40,515 nucleotides of DNA. Origin: an uncultured Thermofilaceae archaeon (GTDB taxonomy: Archaea; Thermoproteota; Thermoprotei; Thermofilales; JAPDKD01). The stretch spans positions 1 through 40,515 of the forward strand of contig CAZPLI010000001.1 in the NCBI GenBank assembly GCA_964587325.1. The letters are read 5' to 3'. Shown one piece after another: positions 28,428 to 36,562 of this stretch. The notes beneath the pieces are model-generated. The model was not told the DNA's origin, did no database searches, and was given only the letters and a program-made list of their open reading frames with translations. Positions within the stretch are counted from its first letter, which is position 1, and each line of letters starts with the position of its first letter. Made by a program: the position numbers and the translations under genes.

Positions 28428-28591
28428 GGAGCGTTGACACCCCCCAACGCGCACAGCTGCCTGCTCCCAGCTAGTAAGAGCCGAAGCAGAGCGATAGCCT
28501 TAGAAAGAGCACGAGGAGCTACTGACAGCCACAGCAGTAAGGCTATAGCGTTAAGCACTGCCAGAATGCTCTCCTCCAGTAACCTGGCCAT
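28424..28591 (-). CDS. Small hydrophobic protein (55 aa), absent from the ORF track
   Basis: MARLLEESILAVLNAIALLLWLSVAPRALSKAIALLRLLLAGSRQLCALGGVNAP; AT-rich TATA-like tract at 28605-28622 upstream. Confidence 0.5.
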   Translation of the reverse strand: MARLLEESILAVLNAIALLLWLSVAPRALSKAIALLRLLLAGSRQLCALGGVNAP

Positions 28592-28694
28592 CGCCCGCCA
28601 GACTATTTAAAGATATAAAATAACGCTAGCTTTAAGCCTCTCCGAACGTGTGCGAAAGCTTAAATACTGATACCGTTTCATAGCTAGACGGCGT

Positions 28695-28804
28695 GCGGCC
28701 GTAGTCTAGCCTGGACTAGGATGGCGGCCTGCCACGCCGCAGAACGCCCCGCGCACAAGCGGGGCGCGCGTGATACCCGGGTTCGAATCCCGGCGGCCGC
28801 ACCA
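28695..28804 (+). tRNA. tRNA-Gly(GCC) with a non-canonical intron (~28743-28774) in the variable loop
   Basis: Acceptor stem GCGGCCG/CGGCCGC-A-CCA and anticodon arm GCGGC-CTGCCAC-GCCGC. An extra hairpin CGCCCCGC-GCACAA-GCGGGGCG lies before the T arm. Promoter-like GAAAGCTTAAATA upstream. Confidence 0.93.
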
Positions 28805-28827
28805 TGTACTCAATTTGAGGAGAGATC

Positions 28828-28968
28828 ATGAAGAAAGTCAGTGTGAGACTGAGTAAGCGTGAAGTTACATTTCTCCGGGAAGTCGCTCGAAGAGAAGGGT
28901 TGCCCTCTCTTTCGTTCTTACTGAGAGAAGCTGTTAGATACTTTATAGCAAAGGAGCTTTCTATTTAG
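28828..28968 (+). CDS. Ribbon-helix-helix (CopG-like) DNA-binding protein, 46 aa, absent from the ORF track
   Basis: MKKVSVRLSKREVTFLREVARREGLPSLSFLLREAVRYFIAKELSI fits the RHH pattern; GAGGAG SD. Confidence 0.7.
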   Translation: MKKVSVRLSKREVTFLREVARREGLPSLSFLLREAVRYFIAKELSI

Positions 28969-29384
28969 ATACCAAGTATTTTACCTATTACTAGCCTTAG
29001 AGCTCCCAAATAAGGAATAACTATTATCACTCTACCCACAACGTTTCTCCGAGGAACGGGTTTGAAATCAGGTACGGGGTTAGCGTCACCCTTGGTTATG
29101 TAGCCCTCGGGTGCAACGTTAACTACTCTGTGAACTACAAGCCTTCCATGCTGAGGAGACCTGAACAGTATCACATCTCCTATTTTAGGCGATTTTTCAC
29201 CAGCTACCACGAGTATATCTCCCACATGCAGGACAGGCTCCATGCTCCAGCTAGACACTACCGCCATAGGTACTTCCGCTTTCAGTAGCGTCGAGAGCAC
29301 CGAGCGAGTTCCAACCACTAGCACTATAAGGATAACAGTAATGAGTGCTGTAGTTACAAAGTCCCTCTTCGCGCCAAGCATCAT
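28965..29384 (-). CDS. Signal peptidase I (S26B/Sec11 type)
   Basis: VVSSWSMEP.LHVGD, VHRV and TKGDAN..PD motifs. Confidence 0.92.
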   Translation of the reverse strand: MMLGAKRDFVTTALITVILIVLVVGTRSVLSTLLKAEVPMAVVSSWSMEPVLHVGDILVVAGEKSPKIGDVILFRSPQHGRLVVHRVVNVAPEGYITKGDANPVPDFKPVPRRNVVGRVIIVIPYLGALRLVIGKILGI

Positions 29385-29492
29385 GACCCTCCTATTTCAC
29401 CATCGATAAAAGCACATTGCTCCCTAAACCTGCGAAACTCGGCACGAGGGCGAAAGGCTTAAGGTCACCCTCTAAGGGGAATCCCTGGACTA

Positions 29493-29593
29493 GGCCCCGG
29501 TAGCGCAGACTGGTAGCGCACCGGCCTGTGGAGCCGGACCTGAAAAACATAGAAAGCCGGGGGACCCGGGTTCGAGTCCCGGCCGGGGCCCCA
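29493..29593 (+). tRNA. tRNA-His(GUG) with encoded G-1 and a 23-nt intron at 37/38 (29532-29554)
   Basis: G-GCCCCGG/CCGGGGC-C-CCA acceptor. The splice motif has helix CTGT/ATAG with bulges GG^A and AA^A. Promoter-like GAAAGGCTTAAG upstream. Confidence 0.94.
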
Positions 29594-29643
29594 TTCTGAA
29601 TACCCCCGTTCTAATACGCTACATGCCTAGGAGGGATTGAACG

Positions 29644-29919
29644 TTGAACGCAAAGGACAGGCTTAACATAGTAGTAGCAGGAAAACGCGGCGACTACTTC
29701 GTGTGGACATTAGCAACTTGGTGTCGCGAGCTTAGAGATTTCCTTGAAGAGGAACTTGGCTACAAAGTCACTGTAGAGGTTCGTGAAGAGGACGCCGAAT
29801 TACCTAGGCTTTACGTTAACGGTATACTGGTGCTAGAAGGCGTGCCAGGAGAGGAAGGCTATCTAATTGAGATACTTAAACATTTTGTGGAAAAGGCGCG
29901 AGAGAAAGGTATTATATAG
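29644..29919 (+). CDS. Small hypothetical protein, possibly thioredoxin-like fold
   Basis: 91 aa with LPRLYVNG (cis-Pro-like) and EGVPGEEGYLIE; GAGGG SD. Confidence 0.65.
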   Translation: MNAKDRLNIVVAGKRGDYFVWTLATWCRELRDFLEEELGYKVTVEVREEDAELPRLYVNGILVLEGVPGEEGYLIEILKHFVEKAREKGII

Positions 29920-29925
29920 TATTAA

Positions 29926-31035
29926 TCAATGATGCGGGATTGCCCCAATATTACTTAGATATTCTATAAGGTCGTCTACATCCTTAAAGATCCTTGTAGT
30001 GTAATACTTTAGGAAGGGGCTCACTCTGTGCGGAAAGATAGCATATACGTCCTTGTTATGAGTGAAGCCATAGTTTATCTCATTGAGCACTCCAGGAGAC
30101 ACTATCTCAACTGGATAATAGACTACTATTGCGTCACTCTGGTCAATTAGCTTGTAGTCGCGAGCTACTATCTGATCGAGAATGTCATCTTCTGCATCTT
30201 TGACTTCAGAGACTGGTATGCGAAATATCTCTCCTTCAAATTCAAATTCGATGTAATCCTTACCTTGTTTTTCCGCCTGCCTTGCTTTATCTATTATATC
30301 GGCCTCCTCAACCGTTATGGGATCAAATACTATCACACCGGCATTTCGCAGTGTTTTCTTTATTTCTTCTTTTGTCTCGAAAAACTCTGGATTGCCTACC
30401 ACATGCGTTATTGGGTAACTGAGATAGACTTTGATAGCCTTTGGAGGTTCTCCTCTCAGCTTAGGCTTCTCGACTTTGTCTATGATGTCGAGGAGTAAGT
30501 TAGGTGGTTCGTTCCTCGATATTATGTAGAAGGGCTTACGTTGGTACTCTGCTAGCATTTCTGTTATGAACGTCTCCTCGTCTCTCCACACAAGGATATC
30601 CTTGAGCGTGAGTCTTCCTCGCCACTTACCTCTCTCTAGGCGCGCTCTGACAAAATGAGCATTGTCTATTATGGTAACGTAGAGATCTGGCTGTAAAGAG
30701 TTTAGGTAAAAGAAGTTGAATGCGGGGATGAGGTGCTTCTTCCACCGGAAGCATGTGTGCGTGCTAACTATTAGGTCCCTTTCAGAAGTGCCTGCGTATT
30801 CATCCCTCTTTTTCAATAACTCTTCGAATGTCACAGCTCTTAGATAACTCAGCGCGAAAGTGTCCATGTCGAGTATCTTACCTTCAGGTATCTCTATCCC
30901 TAACTGCCGTGACTTCTCAAACATCTTCTCGCCAACATCGAATGTGTCGATGTGTTTTGACAATCTAGCAACTTCCTCTAAGTACTCTGGTTTCCCGCTG
31001 CCGCTGATACCAGTAGCAAATACTATCACCAGCAC
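29926..31035 (-). CDS. Fusion of an adenylate-kinase-like P-loop domain and a nucleoside 2-deoxyribosyltransferase-like domain
   Basis: N-terminal TGISGSGK...STH...WRDEE; C-terminal VYLSYP...RDYKLIDQSDAIVVY...SPGVLNEINYG...KDVY. Confidence 0.75.
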   Translation of the reverse strand: MLVIVFATGISGSGKPEYLEEVARLSKHIDTFDVGEKMFEKSRQLGIEIPEGKILDMDTFALSYLRAVTFEELLKKRDEYAGTSERDLIVSTHTCFRWKKHLIPAFNFFYLNSLQPDLYVTIIDNAHFVRARLERGKWRGRLTLKDILVWRDEETFITEMLAEYQRKPFYIISRNEPPNLLLDIIDKVEKPKLRGEPPKAIKVYLSYPITHVVGNPEFFETKEEIKKTLRNAGVIVFDPITVEEADIIDKARQAEKQGKDYIEFEFEGEIFRIPVSEVKDAEDDILDQIVARDYKLIDQSDAIVVYYPVEIVSPGVLNEINYGFTHNKDVYAIFPHRVSPFLKYYTTRIFKDVDDLIEYLSNIGAIPHH

Positions 31036-31198
31036 TCACCCTTAGCAAGAGCCATAAAGCCTCACATAAAAGCTTAGGCAGTTAACTTTCGGCGAACTCT
31101 CCCTCGCGTATTATAGGGAGGCTTCAGGCGTAGTTGCCAGGAAAAGGAAGTGATGGCGGGATTAGGAGGTGAGTAGCTTGGTCTCCCGGAGTGAGAAC

Positions 31199-31462
31199 AT
31201 GGGCGTGAAGTACGTGCTATTCGTAGGAGGGGGTAAAGACGACGACGAAGCAGTGAGGATAGTTAAGAAGGCCTTAGGTAGTGAACTCGTAGTAATAGAC
31301 GTAAGAAAGGATGGAGTAAGGGGATGGATGCTCTGGGAGTACGGTACCGACGAAACGCCCCTGCTGACCTCCCCCTATGGAGTATTCTACGGCCTTAAGG
31401 CCATACGAAGCTTTGTAAACAGAGTAAAGGGAGCTAATGTGGGGGCTAGGGTAGGCTTATAG
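31199..31462 (+). CDS. Small glutaredoxin-fold-like hypothetical protein lacking CxxC
   Basis: YVLFV...YGTDETPLL..PYGVFYGLKAI pattern; alternative GTG start at 31169. Confidence 0.55.
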   Translation: MGVKYVLFVGGGKDDDEAVRIVKKALGSELVVIDVRKDGVRGWMLWEYGTDETPLLTSPYGVFYGLKAIRSFVNRVKGANVGARVGL

Positions 31463-31490
31463 CCTAGTTTATTGCTCTCAGCCCTGGCAG

Positions 31491-31871
31491 ATGAAGATGC
31501 TGTGGTGGCAGCGTAAACCTGCTAGAGAAGAGGACGTTGTGCTCGTTTTGAGAAGAGCATTCGCAAAAGCAGTCGTCGCTGAGCGTATGCTAATTGATCG
31601 CAGAATGAGGGCTCGCTTAATACTAACAACTGCCGTAGCGGGCTTTCCTGTACCCAGCGAGCTACTATCCGGAGTTTACAGTGCAGGGGCGCTCTCTGAC
31701 ATTAAGAAAGCGATTAAGCTACTTAACAAAATGATAGATGAAAGTGCCGATGCCGACCGCGTAAGATTACAGAGCGTACAAGAAATCCTAAAAAGTGCAC
31801 ATAAAGACATGCACCCCTCGGAACTTAAAGAAATCATTAGCAAAGCCCTAGCTACTTTACAGGGTCTATAA
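31491..31871 (+). CDS. Hypothetical helical protein
   Basis: 126-aa ORF co-oriented with its neighbours; no recognised motif. Confidence 0.6.
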   Translation: MKMLWWQRKPAREEDVVLVLRRAFAKAVVAERMLIDRRMRARLILTTAVAGFPVPSELLSGVYSAGALSDIKKAIKLLNKMIDESADADRVRLQSVQEILKSAHKDMHPSELKEIISKALATLQGL

Positions 31872-31952
31872 TTCCAAGCGAAATCTAACGAATAAAGTTC
31901 TAGTAGAATCTATTAGGAGCCGCGAAGAAAGAGATAGTACGAGGTTACCATT

Positions 31953-32993
31953 ATGAAGTTTGCACCTTGTAGTAAGGAGTCACTTAGTGCGCCCACAGGA
32001 AAGAAAGTTGCCATTGTGGGTGCAGGTCCTGCAGGCTTGACTGCAGCAGGACATTTAGTGTGTATGGGCCACGAGGTAGTCGTTTATGACATGATGCCAG
32101 AACCAGGAGGTATGATGGTATTCGCTATACCCGACTTCCGCTTTAATAAGGAACCTATATATAGGGGAATAAAGGAATTATATAATCTTGGTGTTAAATT
32201 CGTTTTAAATACAAAAGTAGGAAAAGATGTTGCGCTCGAGGAGCTTATGCGCTCCTACGATGCTGTAGTCATAGCAACAGGCACTTGGAAGTCGAGCAAA
32301 CTCGGCATAGAGGGGGAGGACCTTAATGGAGTGTATTACGCACTCGAGCTGCTAGTAGATGTGGGTCTCTCAAAGAGAGGATACAAGCCCCTGCACGAGA
32401 TCCCCTCTTTCGAAGGCAAACGAGTAGCAGTCATAGGTGGTGGTGATACTGCAGTTGACGCAGCAAGAACGCTGTTGAGAATGAACGCTGGAGAAGTACT
32501 GATAGTCTATAGGCGCACTAAGGAGGCCTCAAAGGCAGGGCCTCGTGAGATAGAAAAAGCCGAAAATGAAGGGGCGAAGTTCATTCCGCTAACCCAGCCA
32601 ATACGCTTTATCGGAGAACAGGGTCAGGTGGTCGGCATAGAGGCTATAAAAATGAGGCTAGGCGCACCCGATTCTTCGGGTAGGCCAAGACCTGAGCCCG
32701 TACCAGGATCTGAACATGTAATACCCGTTGACAGCGTGGTCATAGCCTGCGGTGAAAGGGCAACGCCGCCTCCTTCTTGCGAGAAGCTAGGTCTAAAACT
32801 GGATAAGTGGGGCTGCATTATAACTGACGAGTATGGGAGGACAAACATCGAAGGAGTGTTCGCGGCAGGCGACGTTGTGACAGGCCCGTCTAGAATAGGG
32901 CCGGCAATGGTCTGGGGGAGAAAAGCAGCTAAAGCGGTTGATGAATACCTAAGAACCGGTGTATGGCCTAGCTTGAAGGAAGATGCCCCTTAA
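31953..32993 (+). CDS. GltD/SudA-like FAD/NADPH oxidoreductase lacking the N-terminal Fe-S domain
   Basis: VAIVGAGPAG, IATG, VIGGGDTAVD, YRR and FAAGD..TGP motifs. Confidence 0.9.
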   Translation: MKFAPCSKESLSAPTGKKVAIVGAGPAGLTAAGHLVCMGHEVVVYDMMPEPGGMMVFAIPDFRFNKEPIYRGIKELYNLGVKFVLNTKVGKDVALEELMRSYDAVVIATGTWKSSKLGIEGEDLNGVYYALELLVDVGLSKRGYKPLHEIPSFEGKRVAVIGGGDTAVDAARTLLRMNAGEVLIVYRRTKEASKAGPREIEKAENEGAKFIPLTQPIRFIGEQGQVVGIEAIKMRLGAPDSSGRPRPEPVPGSEHVIPVDSVVIACGERATPPPSCEKLGLKLDKWGCIITDEYGRTNIEGVFAAGDVVTGPSRIGPAMVWGRKAAKAVDEYLRTGVWPSLKEDAP

Positions 32994-33300
32994 GAAACGC
33001 GCTAGTAGGTACATTGAAGACCTGGCGATTCAAAGAGCCGAAATTTTACTTAAACTAGCACATGCAACTTACGTGAAGGACCCTGAGCTTGCTAGGAGGT
33101 ATGTTTACTTAGCTTTCACTATTGCAAAGCGGGCCAGAGCAAAATTGCCTAGACATCTTAAGCGAAGCTTCTGCAGAACGTGCTATTCACCTTTAATTCC
33201 GGGAGTTTCGTCTCGTGTTAGGCTCAGGCGCAACGGTAAGTCACGCATAGTGGTTACATGCTTAGTCTGTGGGCGAATATACAGATACCCCTACGAATAA
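32983..33300 (+). CDS. rnp4: RNase P protein Rpp21
   Basis: LARRYV, KRSFCRTC..LIPG...RVRL and TCLVCG..YRYPY motifs. Confidence 0.93.
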   Translation: MPLKKRASRYIEDLAIQRAEILLKLAHATYVKDPELARRYVYLAFTIAKRARAKLPRHLKRSFCRTCYSPLIPGVSSRVRLRRNGKSRIVVTCLVCGRIYRYPYE

Positions 33301-33304
33301 TCCC

Positions 33305-34126
33305 CTAAAAGTCAAACAGGTACTCAGCTAACAACACGAGTTCCTCGAGCGTTAGCTCGTAGACCCGCTTGAAAAGAAGCTCCTTAATCTCTGAAGGCAC
33401 TGCCCCGCGAGGGTATATTCCTGCAATTTTTAGCGCGCGCCCGACTAGCTTCCTCCTGTACGAGAATATGCGCCGAGATAGCTCTTCTACTTTCTCGAGA
33501 GTAATTGGTGAGACCTTGGGTGCTGGCCTTAACCTAATGACAGCTGAGTCTACATCTGGTGTGGGATAGAAAGCCTGACGTGGTATGTCAGCTATTCTCT
33601 CTATGTCGCATAGTAAGTTCACAATTACTGTCAAACGGCCGTATTCCCTCGTCCCAGGTTTAGCTAGTAGTCTCTCTACGAATTCCCGCTGTAATGTAAG
33701 GACGCAAAGTTCGTAAGTCTGGCTTTTAGCTATCATTATTAGGAGTTTAGAGGATATACTGTAGGGTACATTTGATAGTACTTTGTTGACCAAAGAAGGT
33801 ACGCCTAAGTGAAGAGCATCTGCATTTACTACCTGTACATTGTAGTAGTCCACAGAAATGTCCTTAAGAGCTTTCGATAGATAAGGATCTATTTCTACGG
33901 CTATAATGAAGGCTGCGTGTCTTGCAGCAGTTAGCGTAAGGCCTCCTAATCCTGCCCCTATCTCGTAAACCTTGTCGCTAGGCTTAAGCATTAAGGAACT
34001 TACGATAATTTCAGCATACCTTCTACTTACGATAAAATTTTGGCCAAGTTTTTTCCTAGGTTTTATCTTATATTTCTTTAGAAGCTTCCTTACTATTCTC
34101 GGAGAGAGTACATCAACCTTCTGCAT
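33305..34126 (-). CDS. rsmA: 16S rRNA adenine dimethyltransferase KsgA/Dim1
   Basis: KKLGQNF, EIGAGLG, SNVPYSIS, YGRLTV and FYPTPDVDS motifs. Confidence 0.95.
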   Translation of the reverse strand: MQKVDVLSPRIVRKLLKKYKIKPRKKLGQNFIVSRRYAEIIVSSLMLKPSDKVYEIGAGLGGLTLTAARHAAFIIAVEIDPYLSKALKDISVDYYNVQVVNADALHLGVPSLVNKVLSNVPYSISSKLLIMIAKSQTYELCVLTLQREFVERLLAKPGTREYGRLTVIVNLLCDIERIADIPRQAFYPTPDVDSAVIRLRPAPKVSPITLEKVEELSRRIFSYRRKLVGRALKIAGIYPRGAVPSEIKELLFKRVYELTLEELVLLAEYLFDF

Positions 34127-35183
34127 GGGAGTCCCCGGGACGGTAGTATAATATTGCCGCTACTCCTCCTAAACGCTTAAGTGTGTCTCCAGCCTCGCTC
34201 TCACTGGTTATTATTATGAATGGAATGCCGTGTTCGGCTGCGTGTTGAACTACGCTTAGAGCCTCCTCTTCGCTTAGTACTAAGTCGTCAAGAATGAGTA
34301 ACTCCTTGACAACCCCCCATTCGAGAGCCTTACCTACCTCAGCCAGGCCTAGTGCTACACGGCCTTGCCCGCCAAGTTCTTTGATCAATTTTTCAACGTA
34401 TTCAAATTCTCTTGCTATTCTCAAATCATTTATTACTTTCCTTATCTCCTGGCTTCTTAGTGCTTCGTATAGTCCCTCGAGCCCGCCTATACTTACTTTT
34501 ACTATCTTAATAGTCGCAAAATCGTTGAGTACAGGCAAAAGCACTTCCCTACAGCACTCGAGGGTGAGTGTCGATGCCAGTATTAAGACCAGTTCGGCGT
34601 TTACGTTGGCCAGTACTTCGCGTGCTGCACTAGCTACGGATTTAAGCGCTTTTTCTAGGTGGCTCTTTAAGCTCTTTGTTTCTCTGCGAGACAAAGGATA
34701 TGTTAGCTTAATCTTCACTTCTAATCCCTGAGGCCTGAGAACGGCGATCGCTGCTTCCTCTACGTCGACCGAGATCAGGAGAGCACGCTTAGTATGCACA
34801 GAGGCTTCCTCAATTAGCTTAAGCTCTAGGCGTGTGAGGGGCCTTCCCTTGCTTATTTTTATGGTGTCGCCTTCGCCTACGCTGAGAGTATGATACGCGC
34901 CCTTAGCATGAAGACTTTCAGGAGCCTCGACTATCTGCCCTCTAAGTCTCAGCTTCTCCGTAAATCTGTGGAATTCGACATGCTCAAGCTTAATGCAAAG
35001 GTAGACTCTTACGCGCTCGCCTCTGATAGTCCGCAAACCTCTCTCCACTCGAAGCTGTCGCCAAGTCCATCCGCACACTATGTCTCCTTTACGCACTAGT
35101 AGTGCTAAGTAATAGAGATCCTCAGGACCCTCTAACTGTAACTCAACCACGCCTTTCTTGCGGTCAAGGCTTACGATTCGCAT
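34113..35183 (-). CDS. pelA: Pelota (Dom34) ribosome rescue factor
   Basis: EDLYYL...GD, EFHRFTEKLRLRG, GAYHT and C-terminal LGGVAAILYY motifs. Confidence 0.9.
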   Translation of the reverse strand: MRIVSLDRKKGVVELQLEGPEDLYYLALLVRKGDIVCGWTWRQLRVERGLRTIRGERVRVYLCIKLEHVEFHRFTEKLRLRGQIVEAPESLHAKGAYHTLSVGEGDTIKISKGRPLTRLELKLIEEASVHTKRALLISVDVEEAAIAVLRPQGLEVKIKLTYPLSRRETKSLKSHLEKALKSVASAAREVLANVNAELVLILASTLTLECCREVLLPVLNDFATIKIVKVSIGGLEGLYEALRSQEIRKVINDLRIAREFEYVEKLIKELGGQGRVALGLAEVGKALEWGVVKELLILDDLVLSEEEALSVVQHAAEHGIPFIIITSESEAGDTLKRLGGVAAILYYRPGDSHAEG

Positions 35184-35880
35184 GCTGGACAGCCTCGTAT
35201 ACCCCTAGCTCGTCCTCTACCGAGGATATTATTTTCGAAACTACAGTCCAAGCGTCTAAGGATAACGGAGCTATCGAGATAACATCGTCGGCAACTGATA
35301 GCACCTCACTCGAGAGCTGTCCTCGCTGAAAAGCTCCCACTATGACTGCTGGGCGCTGTTCTGCTACTAGACTCCTTGCAAGCTCACGAGGAGTAAGCGG
35401 CCTCCCCTTCTCGCTCAATACGACAATCTTTGTTGCGCCAGCCTGCCGGAGACCTTCGCGTAGACTCACAGGCAGGACTTCCATTAGCGGCTGTGAAGAA
35501 TCCGGCGGTACACGGCCGCGTAGAAGGAGCTGCTCCATTAACCCTACGAAACGGTTGTAATTTCTAGGTATCCTTGTCTCGCTAGACACTCTAATCCACT
35601 TTTTCTGGTAGGTGTGTATATACACCTCAAGGAACCCCATCCTGTTAAGGAGAGACGAGAGAGCTACGAGCAAGCAAACATGCGTGATATCGGGCCGTCC
35701 CCTCTTTTCACGATCCTTAAGCTTAAGCATCGCGTGATGATGAAGCGATACGTCTAGTAGGATCTCTCCCGGTTTCTTACCACGCTTAGCTGCTGAGGCC
35801 CTAACCGCCGAATGTCTCCAAATCGACTGAGGCACAAGCTCTATGCCAGCATCAGCTAGTACTAGGATGAGTCTCTTCAA
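35164..35880 (-). CDS. nep1: Nep1/Emg1 16S rRNA pseudouridine N1-methyltransferase
   Basis: LLDVSLHH, RGRPDITH, RIPRNYNRFVGLMEQLL and VGAFQRG motifs. Confidence 0.95.
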   Translation of the reverse strand: MKRLILVLADAGIELVPQSIWRHSAVRASAAKRGKKPGEILLDVSLHHHAMLKLKDREKRGRPDITHVCLLVALSSLLNRMGFLEVYIHTYQKKWIRVSSETRIPRNYNRFVGLMEQLLLRGRVPPDSSQPLMEVLPVSLREGLRQAGATKIVVLSEKGRPLTPRELARSLVAEQRPAVIVGAFQRGQLSSEVLSVADDVISIAPLSLDAWTVVSKIISSVEDELGVYEAVQHANRKP

Positions 35881-35910
35881 AGAGTCCCCTCCTTGCAGAT
35901 ATTGACGCTA

Positions 35911-36480
35911 CTATAACCCCCACTTTTCCCACATCTCCAGCCTTCTTCTCTTGATCTCTCTAGACCTCACCCTGAGGAAATTGTAAACTGTTCTGTGTGT
36001 CCTCCCTTCCATTAACATGCGTATTGCCTCCCGCGCTGCTGCTACACCTTCATAATCGCCTATAATACCCACTTCTTTCTCTCCTACTACGATTTTTGTT
36101 CCAGTCAGATCTTCAATCATCTTCTTAGCCTTACCCTCCTCGCCTATTATTCTACCCTTAATTCTCTGCATATCCCGCCTATGGCGAGAGACCTCCTTAA
36201 GATCTATAGTCTCGAATATTACAGTGTCATCTGCAAGCCTCATTGCATCCTCGGGCGTGAAGCCTAATGATATCGCTTTAATCACGCTTCTTACCTTCAT
36301 CAGGAGAAGAGGCGTTAAAGGTTGTTCTCCCTCCTCAATATATACCACAGCATTATTGCTATCTATTCTCAATTTAACGCCGAACAGCCTTTCTATCTCT
36401 TTCTTAGTCCTTCCATTTTTACCCACCAGGACCCCAATTCTTTCTCTCTCTATAGGCACGGGCAGGGACTTGCCTGACAA
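35911..36480 (-). CDS. dim2: Dim2/Pno1 KH-domain rRNA-processing protein
   Basis: RIGVLVGKNG, AISLGFTPEDA, RIKGRIIGEEGK and G..H.TVY motifs. Confidence 0.92.
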   Translation of the reverse strand: MSGKSLPVPIERERIGVLVGKNGRTKKEIERLFGVKLRIDSNNAVVYIEEGEQPLTPLLLMKVRSVIKAISLGFTPEDAMRLADDTVIFETIDLKEVSRHRRDMQRIKGRIIGEEGKAKKMIEDLTGTKIVVGEKEVGIIGDYEGVAAAREAIRMLMEGRTHRTVYNFLRVRSREIKRRRLEMWEKWGL

Positions 36481-36562
36481 TACCCCTCACCCCTAGCCTT
36501 GGGCTCTCAAAGCACTCTATTATTAAGATAATTTGACTGCTAGTTAGAAATTAGCAAAGGGA

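Noticed and set aside
31077-31138. Hairpin (GGCAGTTA/TAGTTGCC with inner CTCCCT/AGGGAG) as a second H/ACA RNA
   Set aside because: There is no ACA after the stem and no K-turn, and the loop contains a TATA-like TATTATA in a divergent promoter region.
31150-31190. Degenerate C/D box sRNA (GTGATGG...CGGA)
   Set aside because: All boxes deviate from consensus and I recognised no target.
28695-31953. Integrated element at tRNA-Gly or tRNA-His
   Set aside because: No integrase and no duplicated tRNA end (att site) were seen.
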